A DNA stretch of 43,871 nucleotides, from IMG/VR virus record IMGVR_UViG_2537561979_000006. One strand, 5' to 3'. Source of the DNA: a virus (lineage: Duplodnaviria > Heunggongvirae > Uroviricota > Caudoviricetes). The position numbers and the translations under genes are program-made. Positions 9,555 through 18,707 of this stretch are shown piece after piece. The notes beneath the pieces were generated by a model. The model saw only the letters and a list, made by a program, of their open reading frames with translations. It was not told the origin of the DNA and did not search any database. Each line of letters opens with the position of its first letter. The first letter of the stretch is position 1.

Positions 9555-9794
9555 ATGGGTAGCATTAACCTGCGTATTGACGATGAACTTAAAGCGCGTT
9601 CTTACGCCGCGCTTGAAAAAATGGGTGTAACTCCTTCTGAAGCGCTTCGTCTCATGCTCGAGTATATCGCTGACAATGAACGCTTGCCGTTCAAACAGAC
9701 ACTCCTGAGTGATGAAGATGCTGAACTTGTGGAGATAGTGAAAGAACGGCTTCGTAATCCTAAGCCAGTACGTGTGACGCTGGATGAACTCTGA
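9555..9794 (+). CDS. relB: RelB antitoxin
   Basis: 79-aa ORF MGSINLRIDDELKARSYA...; ribbon-helix-helix antitoxin whose stop overlaps the relE start. Confidence 0.9.
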   Translation: MGSINLRIDDELKARSYAALEKMGVTPSEALRLMLEYIADNERLPFKQTLLSDEDAELVEIVKERLRNPKPVRVTLDEL

Positions 9795-10081
9795 TGGCGT
9801 ATTTTCTGGATTTTGACGAGCGGGCACTAAAGGAATGGCGAAAGCTGGGCTCGACGGTACGTGAACAGTTGAAAAAGAAGCTGGTTGAAGTACTTGAGTC
9901 ACCCCGGATTGAAGCAAACAAGCTCCGTGGTATGCCTGATTGTTACAAGATTAAGCTCCGGTCTTCAGGCTATCGCCTTGTATACCAGGTTATAGACGAG
10001 AAAGTTGTCGTTTTCGTGATTTCTGTTGGGAAAAGAGAACGCTCGGAAGTATATAGCGAGGCGGTCAAACGCATTCTCTGA
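9794..10081 (+). CDS. relE: RelE mRNA interferase toxin
   Basis: 95-aa ORF MAYFLDFDERALKEWRKL...YRLVYQVIDEKVVVFVISVGKRERSEVY. Confidence 0.9.
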   Translation: MAYFLDFDERALKEWRKLGSTVREQLKKKLVEVLESPRIEANKLRGMPDCYKIKLRSSGYRLVYQVIDEKVVVFVISVGKRERSEVYSEAVKRIL

Positions 10082-10152
10082 ACCAAAGCATGACATCTCT
10101 GTTTCGCACCGAAGGTGACACTTCTGCTTTGCGTTGACAGGAGAAGCAGGCT

Positions 10153-10308
10153 ATGAAGCAGCAAAAGGCGATGTTAATCGCCCTGATCGTCATCTGTTTA
10201 ACCGTCATAGTGACGGCACTGGTAACGAGGAAAGACCTCTGCGAGGTACGAATCCGAACCGGCCAGACGGAGGTCGCTGTCTTCACAGCTTACGAACCTG
10301 AGGAGTAA
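10153..10308 (+). CDS. hokD: HokD/RelF type I toxin (Hok family)
   Basis: 51 codons reading MKQQKAMLIALIVICLTVIVTALVTRKDLCEVRIRTGQTEVAVFTAYEPEE. This ORF is below the size cut-off of the six-frame track and was found by direct reading. Confidence 0.85.
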   Translation: MKQQKAMLIALIVICLTVIVTALVTRKDLCEVRIRTGQTEVAVFTAYEPEE

Positions 10309-10376
10309 GAGACCCGGCGGGGGAGAAATCCCTCGCCACCTCTGATGTGGCAGGCATCCTCAACGCACCCGCACTT

Positions 10377-10405
10377 AACCCGCTTCGGCGGGTTTTTGTT
10401 TTTAT
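10377..10405 (+). terminator. Rho-independent terminator downstream of hokD
   Basis: CCCGC-ttcg-GCGGG hairpin followed by TTTTTGTTTTT. Confidence 0.6.
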
Positions 10406-10476
10406 TTTCAACGCGTTTGAAGTTCTGGACGGTGCCGGAATAGAATCAAAAATACTTAAGTAGCGCGCAGGGATAA

Positions 10477-10752
10477 GAGGGATGGTCCCTTAAGGGTAAA
10501 GGGATTGTTCTGGATGAAAAAAGAACCCGGTTTCATGGCGTACCGGTATATAAGATTTGTGGGCGTTGTAATGGAAACCGGTTTAGTCGTTTACCGACCA
10601 CGCTGGCACGACGTCATGTCCAGAAGCTGGTACCAGACCTGACCGATTATCAGTGGTATAAGGGGTATGCGGACGTCATTGGTAAACTGGTAACAAAGTG
10701 CTGGCAGGAAGAAGCATACGCGGAAGCGCAATTGAGGAAGGTGACGAGATAA
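10477..10752 (+). pseudogene. 3' remnant of a Q-type late antiterminator gene
   Basis: In-frame stretch with no start codon encoding ...ICGRCNGNRFSRLPTTLARRHVQKLVPDLTDYQWYKGY... (zinc-binding CxxC plus a Q-like C-terminus); followed ~100 bp later by a tR'-like terminator. Confidence 0.45.
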
Positions 10753-10856
10753 ATGATTTTTGCTGAAGATGGCGACATGATGTTTGCATTTTTCAAAAAA
10801 TATGGATAAAATTTTTTCAACGATGGGCTTTGTATACCCGACGTTAAGAAAAAGTA

Positions 10857-10884
10857 GAAAACCCGCTGATGAGCGGGTTTTGTG
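10857..10884 (+). terminator. tR'-like rho-independent terminator
   Basis: AAACCCGCT-gatg-AGCGGGTTTTGTG. Confidence 0.55.
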
Positions 10885-11173
10885 CTTTAAATGGGGCAAT
10901 GGTAATGTTGAATCTCATCCCGGGACTCATGTCTGTTAACTTATTATTTAGCTGGTGACTTGGTTATTTGCCTGATGTTTAAAATGTTTTCTTCCAGTAC
11001 AATGTCCCTAAACACAATGAGTCTGCTTATTATATTATTAGCAGAGCTATTACGGCCAAAGTACAGCATAAGCTTTTAAAGCCAATCAACCAGTCATCAA
11101 GACAGACGGGGTTATTCATAAAAACTCTCCATGTGTGATCCGATGGGGCCTGAAATTAAAGCTTTAATATAGC

Positions 11174-11386
11174 TCATGAAAGGTAAACATTGGCAGCTGA
11201 AGGGCCACGCAGACCATTTATCCGGCAAAATTCCACGCGTAATCCGGTGGTAATTTCTTCTGCATCGCGGAGATTGAGCGCTGAAACATGAAGCTGGACA
11301 TCGATACGACCATCGGATGGGGTGATAAGACCCTTGCCGCTTTTGCCGTCAAAGGTTTTGACAATTCCTGTCATTTTACGGGACAA
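11174..11386 (-). CDS. cspF: Cold-shock-domain protein, CspF/CspH-like
   Basis: 70-aa CSD protein ([23 protein letters not shown]...) with degenerate RNP motifs, divergent from cspB. Confidence 0.8.
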
Positions 11387-11686
11387 AAAAATTCCTTAAT
11401 ACTGATAACTTGGCGCACTATACACACGTTCCTGAAGAAAGCTATAGTTTTTTGATGGGGTTGAAGATGGCTGGATGTCTAAAATAAACATTGCTTCATA
11501 TGTTCAACTATGCGTTAATGATTGCGTCGGTTTGAAGAACAGACGATATACGAAGTAGTTTACTAAAGCAGTTCTCATTTCAGGTGTTATTCACTTATTC
11601 CTTCTTTGAGTCTCTCCAATTAAGTACGAAGTCGTTTCTGTTATGCAAACCATTTATGCCGAAAGGCTCAAGTTAAGGAATGTAGA

Positions 11687-11902
11687 ATGTCAAATAAAAT
11701 GACTGGTTTAGTAAAATGGTTTAACGCTGATAAAGGTTTCGGCTTTATTTCTCCTGTTGATGGTAGTAAAGATGTGTTTGTGCATTTTTCTGCGATTCAG
11801 AATGATAATTATCGAACCTTATTTGAAGGTCAAAAGGTTACCTTCTCTATAGAGAGTGGTGCTAAAGGTCCTGCAGCAGCAAATGTCATCATTACTGATT
11901 AA
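11687..11902 (+). CDS. cspB: Cold-shock protein CspB-like
   Basis: 71-aa [26 protein letters not shown]...VFVHFSAIQ; long AT-rich 5' leader. Confidence 0.85.
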   Translation: MSNKMTGLVKWFNADKGFGFISPVDGSKDVFVHFSAIQNDNYRTLFEGQKVTFSIESGAKGPAAANVIITD

Positions 11903-12183
11903 AATTCATCGCTCGTCTGTATACGATAACGAAGAAGGCTGATGCCTGAGTAGAGATACGGACAGAGTAGTGAATATTGGATCTCTTTAATAAAAAGTAA
12001 GGAGGTCCAATACATGAAACAATGGCTAGCATATTTGGCAAAATCTTAATCAGGAAAAGTATGCTAACCATTGTGGTGAAGTGCAGGTTTGCTGCATGAA
12101 TAGTTTTACAGCAGAAGCTAACTGCTGGCATGGCAAAACAAAGTGCGTAAGTGGATGACTCCCACAAAAAGCACCACAATCTC

Positions 12184-12208
12184 AAACCCGCTCAGGCGGG
12201 TTTTTTAT
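12184..12208 (+). terminator. Rho-independent terminator (possibly bidirectional)
   Basis: AAACCCGC-tcag-GCGGG followed by TTTTTT. Confidence 0.55.
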
Positions 12209-12265
12209 TATCTGCTTTAAATATATTATTAAAATATAAAAAATACTTGTTACTAATAAAATCAA

Positions 12266-12436
12266 TCAGGCTACAGCTTTAAGATTTGTCTGGAATACTT
12301 TGTTGCAATGAGGGCAGATCAAAAGGGCACCTTTTTGTACTCTTGAAAAACTGTGTTCTGACTCTTGGGTGCAGTTTGGGCAGGAACATTTAACGAGATA
12401 ATTACGGCGTGATTTTGAGTTTTTACGTTCTGACAT
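12266..12436 (-). CDS. Small zinc-ribbon protein
   Basis: About 56 aa from the internal ATG that has an AGGAAA RBS; two CxxC pairs (CSCPNC...CPHC). Confidence 0.45.
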   Translation of the reverse strand: MSERKNSKSRRNYLVKCSCPNCTQESEHSFSRVQKGALLICPHCNKVFQTNLKAVA

Positions 12437-12655
12437 AGGCTTTTCCTGTATAAATGGCCGTATACAGTACACTAAATATGAAAACATTTCTCGTATTATT
12501 ATTTTATATATGACTTTCTTTCAAAATAATTACCCACATTTTTAATGTGTATGTTTTTTTAGCGCCGTTGAGAACAACGTGTGCTGTCAAAACTACCCCG
12601 TAGACTCCGATCTTTTCAAACATATTGCACCATCCGTGTACATCGGGGTGAGGAT

Positions 12656-12871
12656 ATGAAATCAATGGATAAGTTAACAACAGGTGTTGCCTATGGCACA
12701 TCGGCGGGTAATGCTGGTTTCTGGGCATTGCAGTTACTCGATAAAGTAACTCCGTCACAGTGGGCTGCAATCGGTGTGCTGGGTAGCCTGGTTTTTGGCC
12801 TGCTGACGTATCTGACAAATCTTTATTTCAAGATTAAAGAAGACAGGCGTAAGGCTGCGAGAGGAGAGTAA
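12656..12871 (+). CDS. S21-like pinholin with dual-start motif
   Basis: 71 aa [26 protein letters not shown]...; Met1-Lys-Ser-Met4 dual start; two TM segments; followed by a SAR endolysin. Confidence 0.8.
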   Translation: MKSMDKLTTGVAYGTSAGNAGFWALQLLDKVTPSQWAAIGVLGSLVFGLLTYLTNLYFKIKEDRRKAARGE

Positions 12872-12875
12872 TCCA

Positions 12876-13183
12876 ATGACTCAAGACTATGAACTGGTTG
12901 TGAAAGGAGTCCGTAATTTTGAGAATAAAGTTACGGTAACTGTAGCCTTACAGGACAAAGAACGCTTTGACGGTGAAATTTTTGACCTGGATGTCGCCAT
13001 GGACCGTGTTGAAGGAGCTGCGCTGGAGTTTTATGAGGCAGCAGCCAGAAGGAGCGCCCGGCAAGTCTTCCTGGAAGTAGCAGAAAAATTGTCAGAAAAA
13101 GTTGAGTCTTATCTGCAGCATCAGTACTCCTTTAAGATTGAAAATCCTGCCAATAAGCACGAGCGTCCTCATCATAAATATCT

Positions 13184-13187
<4 letters not shown>
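12876..13187 (+). CDS. YdfR-like hypothetical protein
   Basis: 103-aa ORF between holin and endolysin, the position ydfR occupies in Qin. Confidence 0.5.
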
Positions 13188-14211
<1,024 letters not shown>

Positions 14212-14573
14212 GGTAATATTAAATCGGAACATTTACATCGCGGAATGTAAAATTTAAATAAAAAGGACTCTTCCATGAGCCAAAATTCCTGAAATCTTAA
14301 GGGTAAGATAAAAGGTCTTAATCAGAATGACACGTTTTATTAATAAATAAAGCTATTCTTTCATTGCTGTGTTTTTCTTTACAAAAGTAATCCTTGCTAT
14401 GGGTGGTTAATCATGCGTTAATGGTGTTCTGGTTTGTTACAAATTTATCTGAAGCAGTCATTGTTATAATTTTATTATTTGTACCTCTTGAGATTTCCTT
14501 GTTGGTTTTTCTCTCTGATATTTTTTTTCGGACCATTCTGCCCAAGGGCTAATTTCTTCAAAAGGTAATAATT

Positions 14574-14786
14574 ATGTCTAACAAAATGACTGGTTTAGTG
14601 AAATGGTTTAACCCTGAAAAAGGTTTTGGTTTCATCACGCCGAAAGATGGCAGCAAAGATGTGTTTGTCCATTTCTCAGCAATTCAGAGCAACGATTTCA
14701 AAACATTAACTGAGAATCAGGAAGTTGAATTTGGTATTGAGAACGGACCTAAAGGTCCTGCCGCTGTTCATGTAGTGGCGCTTTGA
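14574..14786 (+). CDS. cspI: Cold-shock protein CspI-like
   Basis: 70-aa [26 protein letters not shown]...; long AT-rich leader. Confidence 0.85.
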   Translation: MSNKMTGLVKWFNPEKGFGFITPKDGSKDVFVHFSAIQSNDFKTLTENQEVEFGIENGPKGPAAVHVVAL

Positions 14787-14990
14787 GGTAGACAATATTA
14801 CAAACCATATTCACTTTAGATGCCCGTGTTGTCATGGTTCCCAGTATAGAACATCATCTTTTGATGTTTCTGACATGAATCCTTTCGGGGCAAAATGTAT
14901 CTTTTGTAAATCAATGATGATTACATTTGATAATATTTCACAATACTTAAATGCCAGCCGTCTGTCGTTGGATTTAAAAAAGTGAAAATG

Positions 14991-15015
14991 AAGGCTCCTT
15001 CGGGAGCCTTTTTAA
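14991..15015 (+). terminator. Rho-independent terminator at the Qin-like/P2-like junction
   Basis: GGCTCC-ttcg-GGAGCC followed by TTTTT. Confidence 0.6.
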
Positions 15016-15092
15016 TGTCTGGCGTAACTGGAAAGCCGCGCCAGACAAGACTTCACGTTTTACTACTAGCAGTCAAAAGCCATAAAAAGCGG

Positions 15093-16136
15093 CTAGGGTG
15101 TGGACACATTGTGGACACTCTGACCACCATTGGCACCCTTCAACGGGTTAAGCGAAATCGCGTCCTGCAGGTACTGAGGAGCGAAGTGCGCATAGACCAT
15201 TGTCTGCGCAATTTTCGTATGACCTAAGATCCTCTGCAGTGTGATGATGTTGCCCCCGTTAATCATAAAGTGCGTCGCGAAAGAGTGTCGTAGCGCATGT
15301 GTTGCTTGTCCGGCCGGTAAATCGGGCTTAACCTCTTTGAGGGTTCGCCTGAAGTCAGCATAACTGGCCTCAGGAAACAGAAAACCTCGTGTTTTGCCGA
15401 CTACGTAAGCCGCAACGTCATCAGAGATCGGGACCGTGCGCGGTGTGTTGGTTTTCGTCTTAACGAAAGACACCCGGTTATGAATCACATTCTCCGCCTT
15501 CAATCGCGCAGCTTCTCCCCATCTTGCTCCGGTACTCAAACACAAAACCGCAATTTTACGATTATCACCTGAGAGCGCAGCAAGTAAGGCGTCAATTTCC
15601 TCAAGAGTGAGATAGCCCGTTTCGGCTGTCTGCTCTTTCAGTTTTTTGAATCCCCTGAATGGATGCTCACCGTTATACAGTTCTGACTCAATCAGGGTTG
15701 TGAACATCCCACCTAGCGTGATCAGGTCGCGGTTGATGGTAGTTGGCTTAATACCTTCACCCCGACGTTGAGCACAATATTGCGTTATCAGGCTCTTGGT
15801 GATCTGGAAAGCGCAAGGGTTTCCGGTCATCGTTTCGAAACGCTCAATTTTCCTGAGATACGATTGACCGTGCTCCTCATGTTTACCTTTCAGCTTCCAC
15901 CATAACTCTTTCAGTTCCGACAATTGGCGTTTGTCCGTTGGTTTTGAAAGCCATTCCTTTGAGTGATGGTTATATTGAGTATGCTTTTCAAAAGCCATCG
16001 CCTCGCTTTTCTTGTCGAACTTCCGACGGATGCGTTTTCCGTTACGCCCAGCCGGTCTAATGTCCACTTCATATCGACCATCATCGAGCTTTTTAACAGA
16101 CATAAAGCCTCCCGATGATGTTACTGCGTACTTCAA
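15093..16136 (-). CDS. int: P2-type tyrosine integrase
   Basis: Close match to P2 Int (KKLDDGRYEVDIRP...GARWGEAARLKAEN...HALRHSFATHFM...LGHT...VYAHF); the true start is probably the internal Met at 16103. Confidence 0.9.
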   Translation of the reverse strand: MKYAVTSSGGFMSVKKLDDGRYEVDIRPAGRNGKRIRRKFDKKSEAMAFEKHTQYNHHSKEWLSKPTDKRQLSELKELWWKLKGKHEEHGQSYLRKIERFETMTGNPCAFQITKSLITQYCAQRRGEGIKPTTINRDLITLGGMFTTLIESELYNGEHPFRGFKKLKEQTAETGYLTLEEIDALLAALSGDNRKIAVLCLSTGARWGEAARLKAENVIHNRVSFVKTKTNTPRTVPISDDVAAYVVGKTRGFLFPEASYADFRRTLKEVKPDLPAGQATHALRHSFATHFMINGGNIITLQRILGHTKIAQTMVYAHFAPQYLQDAISLNPLKGANGGQSVHNVSTP

Positions 16137-16199
16137 TTTCCTGATTTAGATAGCAAAAACTCACTGTGCATTTATTGCACAAAAAAGCGCCGTAAATGG

Positions 16200-16499
16200 T
16201 TAGCCAGTTTTCTGGTCTGAGTGGGGTGACGTTGTTGTCTGCTGCCCAAAGTGCGCGAGAGCCGGTGCAATCTGCCCAGCTTCAGGTGCTATTTGGTCAG
16301 TCATAAACCATAAGGTGTACTTGGTGAAACGAGGATGTTGAAGGATTCTCATTATGGGCTCGACACCCGGTTTTTTATCCCCAGCTTCGTATCCACAAAA
16401 TGAACCATATGCTATTCCAGTTAACTCACTGATTTCCTTTCTATTTAATCGTTCTGACTCCCTGATGAGTTTGATTTTTTCATTGATCGGGGTTGACAT
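16200..16499 (-). CDS. C: P2 C-type immunity repressor
   Basis: 99 aa; ...FTKYTLWFMTDQIAPEAGQIAPALAHFGQQTTTSPHSDQKTG matches the P2 repressor C-terminus as I recall it. Confidence 0.85.
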   Translation of the reverse strand: MSTPINEKIKLIRESERLNRKEISELTGIAYGSFCGYEAGDKKPGVEPIMRILQHPRFTKYTLWFMTDQIAPEAGQIAPALAHFGQQTTTSPHSDQKTG

Positions 16500-16619
16500 A
16501 AATCCTCCATACGATGATTATTCCCTTATAAGGAAATAAATTCCTTTTTAGGGGTTTTGGCTATAGGCAATTAAAGCCCTTTATGAGCAATTAAATGCAC
16601 TAAAGGAGAATCGTAACAG

Positions 16620-16898
16620 ATGAACAACCAGCTTGTAAGTAGCACGGATGCGGTCCCGTATCAGGAGTTTGCCCGTCTTATTGGTAAAACACCCGCAGCC
16701 GTTAAAGGCATGATTGAGAAGGGCAAGCTGCCTGTAGTCGAGATGACTGATCCGCAGTCAACGAGTGGGCGCGCAGGGGAATATTGGGTCTACCTGCCAG
16801 CATGGAACAAAGGAATGAAGATGGCTTATGACAGCCGTCCTAAAGAGATTCGCGATGGTTGGCTGATGTGGCTCGGCTTAGGGCAACCTTCACGGTAA
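16620..16898 (+). CDS. cox: P2 Cox-like excisionase/transcription regulator
   Basis: 92-aa ORF divergent from C, in the P2 immunity arrangement. Confidence 0.75.
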   Translation: MNNQLVSSTDAVPYQEFARLIGKTPAAVKGMIEKGKLPVVEMTDPQSTSGRAGEYWVYLPAWNKGMKMAYDSRPKEIRDGWLMWLGLGQPSR

Positions 16899-16939
16899 TT
16901 AGATTCACCTATTTCATTCAAATTCAATCGAGAAATTGC

Positions 16940-17179
16940 ATGTCAAAACCAATAAAACATGGCTGCATTCGTCATATCACTAATGGTATGCGGGTGCTGA
17001 TCGACTTAAAAAGCGTGGCCGCTATCCGTGAGCGCACTGAAACAGCCGATAAAGTTGAGGTGCATCTTACGTCGGGAGAAGTTTTTGAACTTGATGTTGC
17101 CTATGAGGAGATTGCAGGTCTGTATCTAGAATTTTTAGCAAAAGAACGTGGGGTTATGGCAAACCCCACCAGTATTTGA
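16940..17179 (+). CDS. P2 orf78-like early protein
   Basis: 79-aa ORF after cox (MSKPIKHGCIRHITNGMRVL...). Confidence 0.5.
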   Translation: MSKPIKHGCIRHITNGMRVLIDLKSVAAIRERTETADKVEVHLTSGEVFELDVAYEEIAGLYLEFLAKERGVMANPTSI

Positions 17180-17181
17180 GC

Positions 17182-17370
17182 TTAGTTGATATCTAAAAAG
17201 CTTTTATGCGTGACAGGCATTTTAGATTGAACTGCCTCTCTCAACTGGATTGACAGTTTGTTGATTTCCTCAGCCTTCTCACGATTAGAGATCGCATCAG
17301 AGGAAGAATTAACCAATGCAATGGCTGATTTTAGAGTGGCAATTAATTCATCATTTTGTTGATTAGTCAT
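17182..17370 (-). CDS. Small AT-rich coiled-coil ORF antisense to the early operon
   Basis: About 62 aa from the ATG at 17370 with a GAGG RBS; AT-rich relative to flanking P2 genes. Confidence 0.35.
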   Translation of the reverse strand: MTNQQNDELIATLKSAIALVNSSSDAISNREKAEEINKLSIQLREAVQSKMPVTHKSFLDIN

Positions 17371-17628
17371 GAAATACCTCATGTGATTGGCTTGTTTTTG
17401 GCGATTCGATCCTATCACAAGGCCATGTGTCGGGCATGGTTAAAACCCGACTCCCTAAGGAGTATTTATGAAAGAGCCTCGCTGTATTGCACAGTTGCTT
17501 CGAAGAGAAAGCCCTAATCCGATCAACTTCACCATCACTCACGGTCGCGGCCGCAAGGGCATAATCATCCGAACCCGTAAGCCGGGCGTTATCGAGAAGG
17601 TTCGCCGTCTGGTCAAAAAGAGAGGACT

Positions 17629-18135
17629 GTGGTTATGACGGTAATGACACTGGACGTGATCCAGAAACAACCAACAGCTCTTCGCGGTCTGGTCTGCAAG
17701 TATCTGGCTCAGCCTCGCTGGCAGGACACTTGTGATTTTTACAATCAGATGATGGAGCGGGAGCGTCTTACGGTTTGTTTCCACGCTCAATTAAAACAGC
17801 GTCACTCTGTGATGCGCTTAGAGGAAATGGCTGAAGCCGATCGTGAGCGTCTTGTTTGTGCGCTTGATGAATTGAGAAATGCATTCACCCGGTATCGTCA
17901 ACTTGGCGCGTCAAAAGCAACTTTCATCAGCCGCCTGACCGTCAGCCAAAGGCGTTCATTGTTTCTTCATGCTGGACTGACAGAGCAGGAATTTATGATG
18001 CCGCACTGGCGTTTGAATGAAGAGGACTGTTACTGGCGTGACAAACTTTTCCGCGCTCTGCGAGAGCTGTTCAGCCTTTTTGAGTACGCACCAACTATTT
18101 TAACCTCGGTAAAACCTGAGCAGTATTTACATTAA
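17629..18135 (+). CDS. B: P2 replication protein B-like
   Basis: ...RWQDTCDFYNQMMERERLTVCFHAQLKQRH...WRDKLFRALRELFSLFEYAPTILTSVKPEQYLH. Confidence 0.85.
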   Translation: MVMTVMTLDVIQKQPTALRGLVCKYLAQPRWQDTCDFYNQMMERERLTVCFHAQLKQRHSVMRLEEMAEADRERLVCALDELRNAFTRYRQLGASKATFISRLTVSQRRSLFLHAGLTEQEFMMPHWRLNEEDCYWRDKLFRALRELFSLFEYAPTILTSVKPEQYLH

Positions 18136-18183
18136 TTAATCTGGATTCGACTAATTACGCGCCTTACAGCGTGGGGACTCCTT

Positions 18184-18420
18184 TTGTCCGGAGATAGGCA
18201 AATGCAAAAACAAAATACAGCGCAGCGGGGGATGTACTCGGCACATCTGGCGCAGGCAGTAAGCGAGGCACAGCGCGACTTGGCGACCCGTTTCTCTTCT
18301 CAGTTTGATGGGCTTATCGCGTACATCAGTAAGTCAGAACTTAATCGCACCGAGATTATCGAGTTTTTAGGCCAGGAGTCGGAAAAGTTACACAACTCAA
18401 TTTTCGGTAGAGCTGGTTAA
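18184..18420 (+). CDS. P2 orf80-like protein
   Basis: Small ORF in the conserved position after B; the start may be the ATG at 18202. Confidence 0.5.
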   Translation: MSGDRQMQKQNTAQRGMYSAHLAQAVSEAQRDLATRFSSQFDGLIAYISKSELNRTEIIEFLGQESEKLHNSIFGRAG

Positions 18421-18442
18421 CCACTGTTAACAGGAAGCAAAA

Positions 18443-18706
18443 ATGAGCATACACATCGAGATTAATAACCAATACGTCATCACCAGTGACCGCTATCAAT
18501 TCATTTTGCAGGAAAAAAAGACCGCAACATCCGGGAAGAATGAAGGTAAGGAATGGTTGGACGTTGTGGGTTACTACCCAACTATCCCTAAGCTTATCTC
18601 AGGCTTGGTTTTGCATGATCTTTTAACCAGCGATCTTACCGGCTTCGCAGCTTTGGAAGCTCGGATTGAACGCATGGGTAAGCAATGTCTGGACGCTTTT
18701 AAATAA
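18443..18706 (+). CDS. P2 orf81-like protein
   Basis: 87-aa ORF immediately preceding gene A. Confidence 0.5.
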   Translation: MSIHIEINNQYVITSDRYQFILQEKKTATSGKNEGKEWLDVVGYYPTIPKLISGLVLHDLLTSDLTGFAALEARIERMGKQCLDAFK

Positions 18707-18707
18707 T

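Noticed and set aside
10591-10899. 102-aa minus-strand ORF over the Q remnant and tR'
   Set aside because: It overlaps the Q-like frame and the terminator hairpin and has no recognisable features.
12014-12049. 11-codon ORF (MKQWLAYLAKS) with a strong AAGGAGG RBS downstream of cspB
   Set aside because: Too short and without context to call; it may be a remnant or a leader peptide. It is mentioned only because the RBS is unusually strong.
14787-15092. Search for a P2-type attL core next to the P2-like int
   Set aside because: I found no sequence I could confidently match to the P2 att core; the junction is left undefined.
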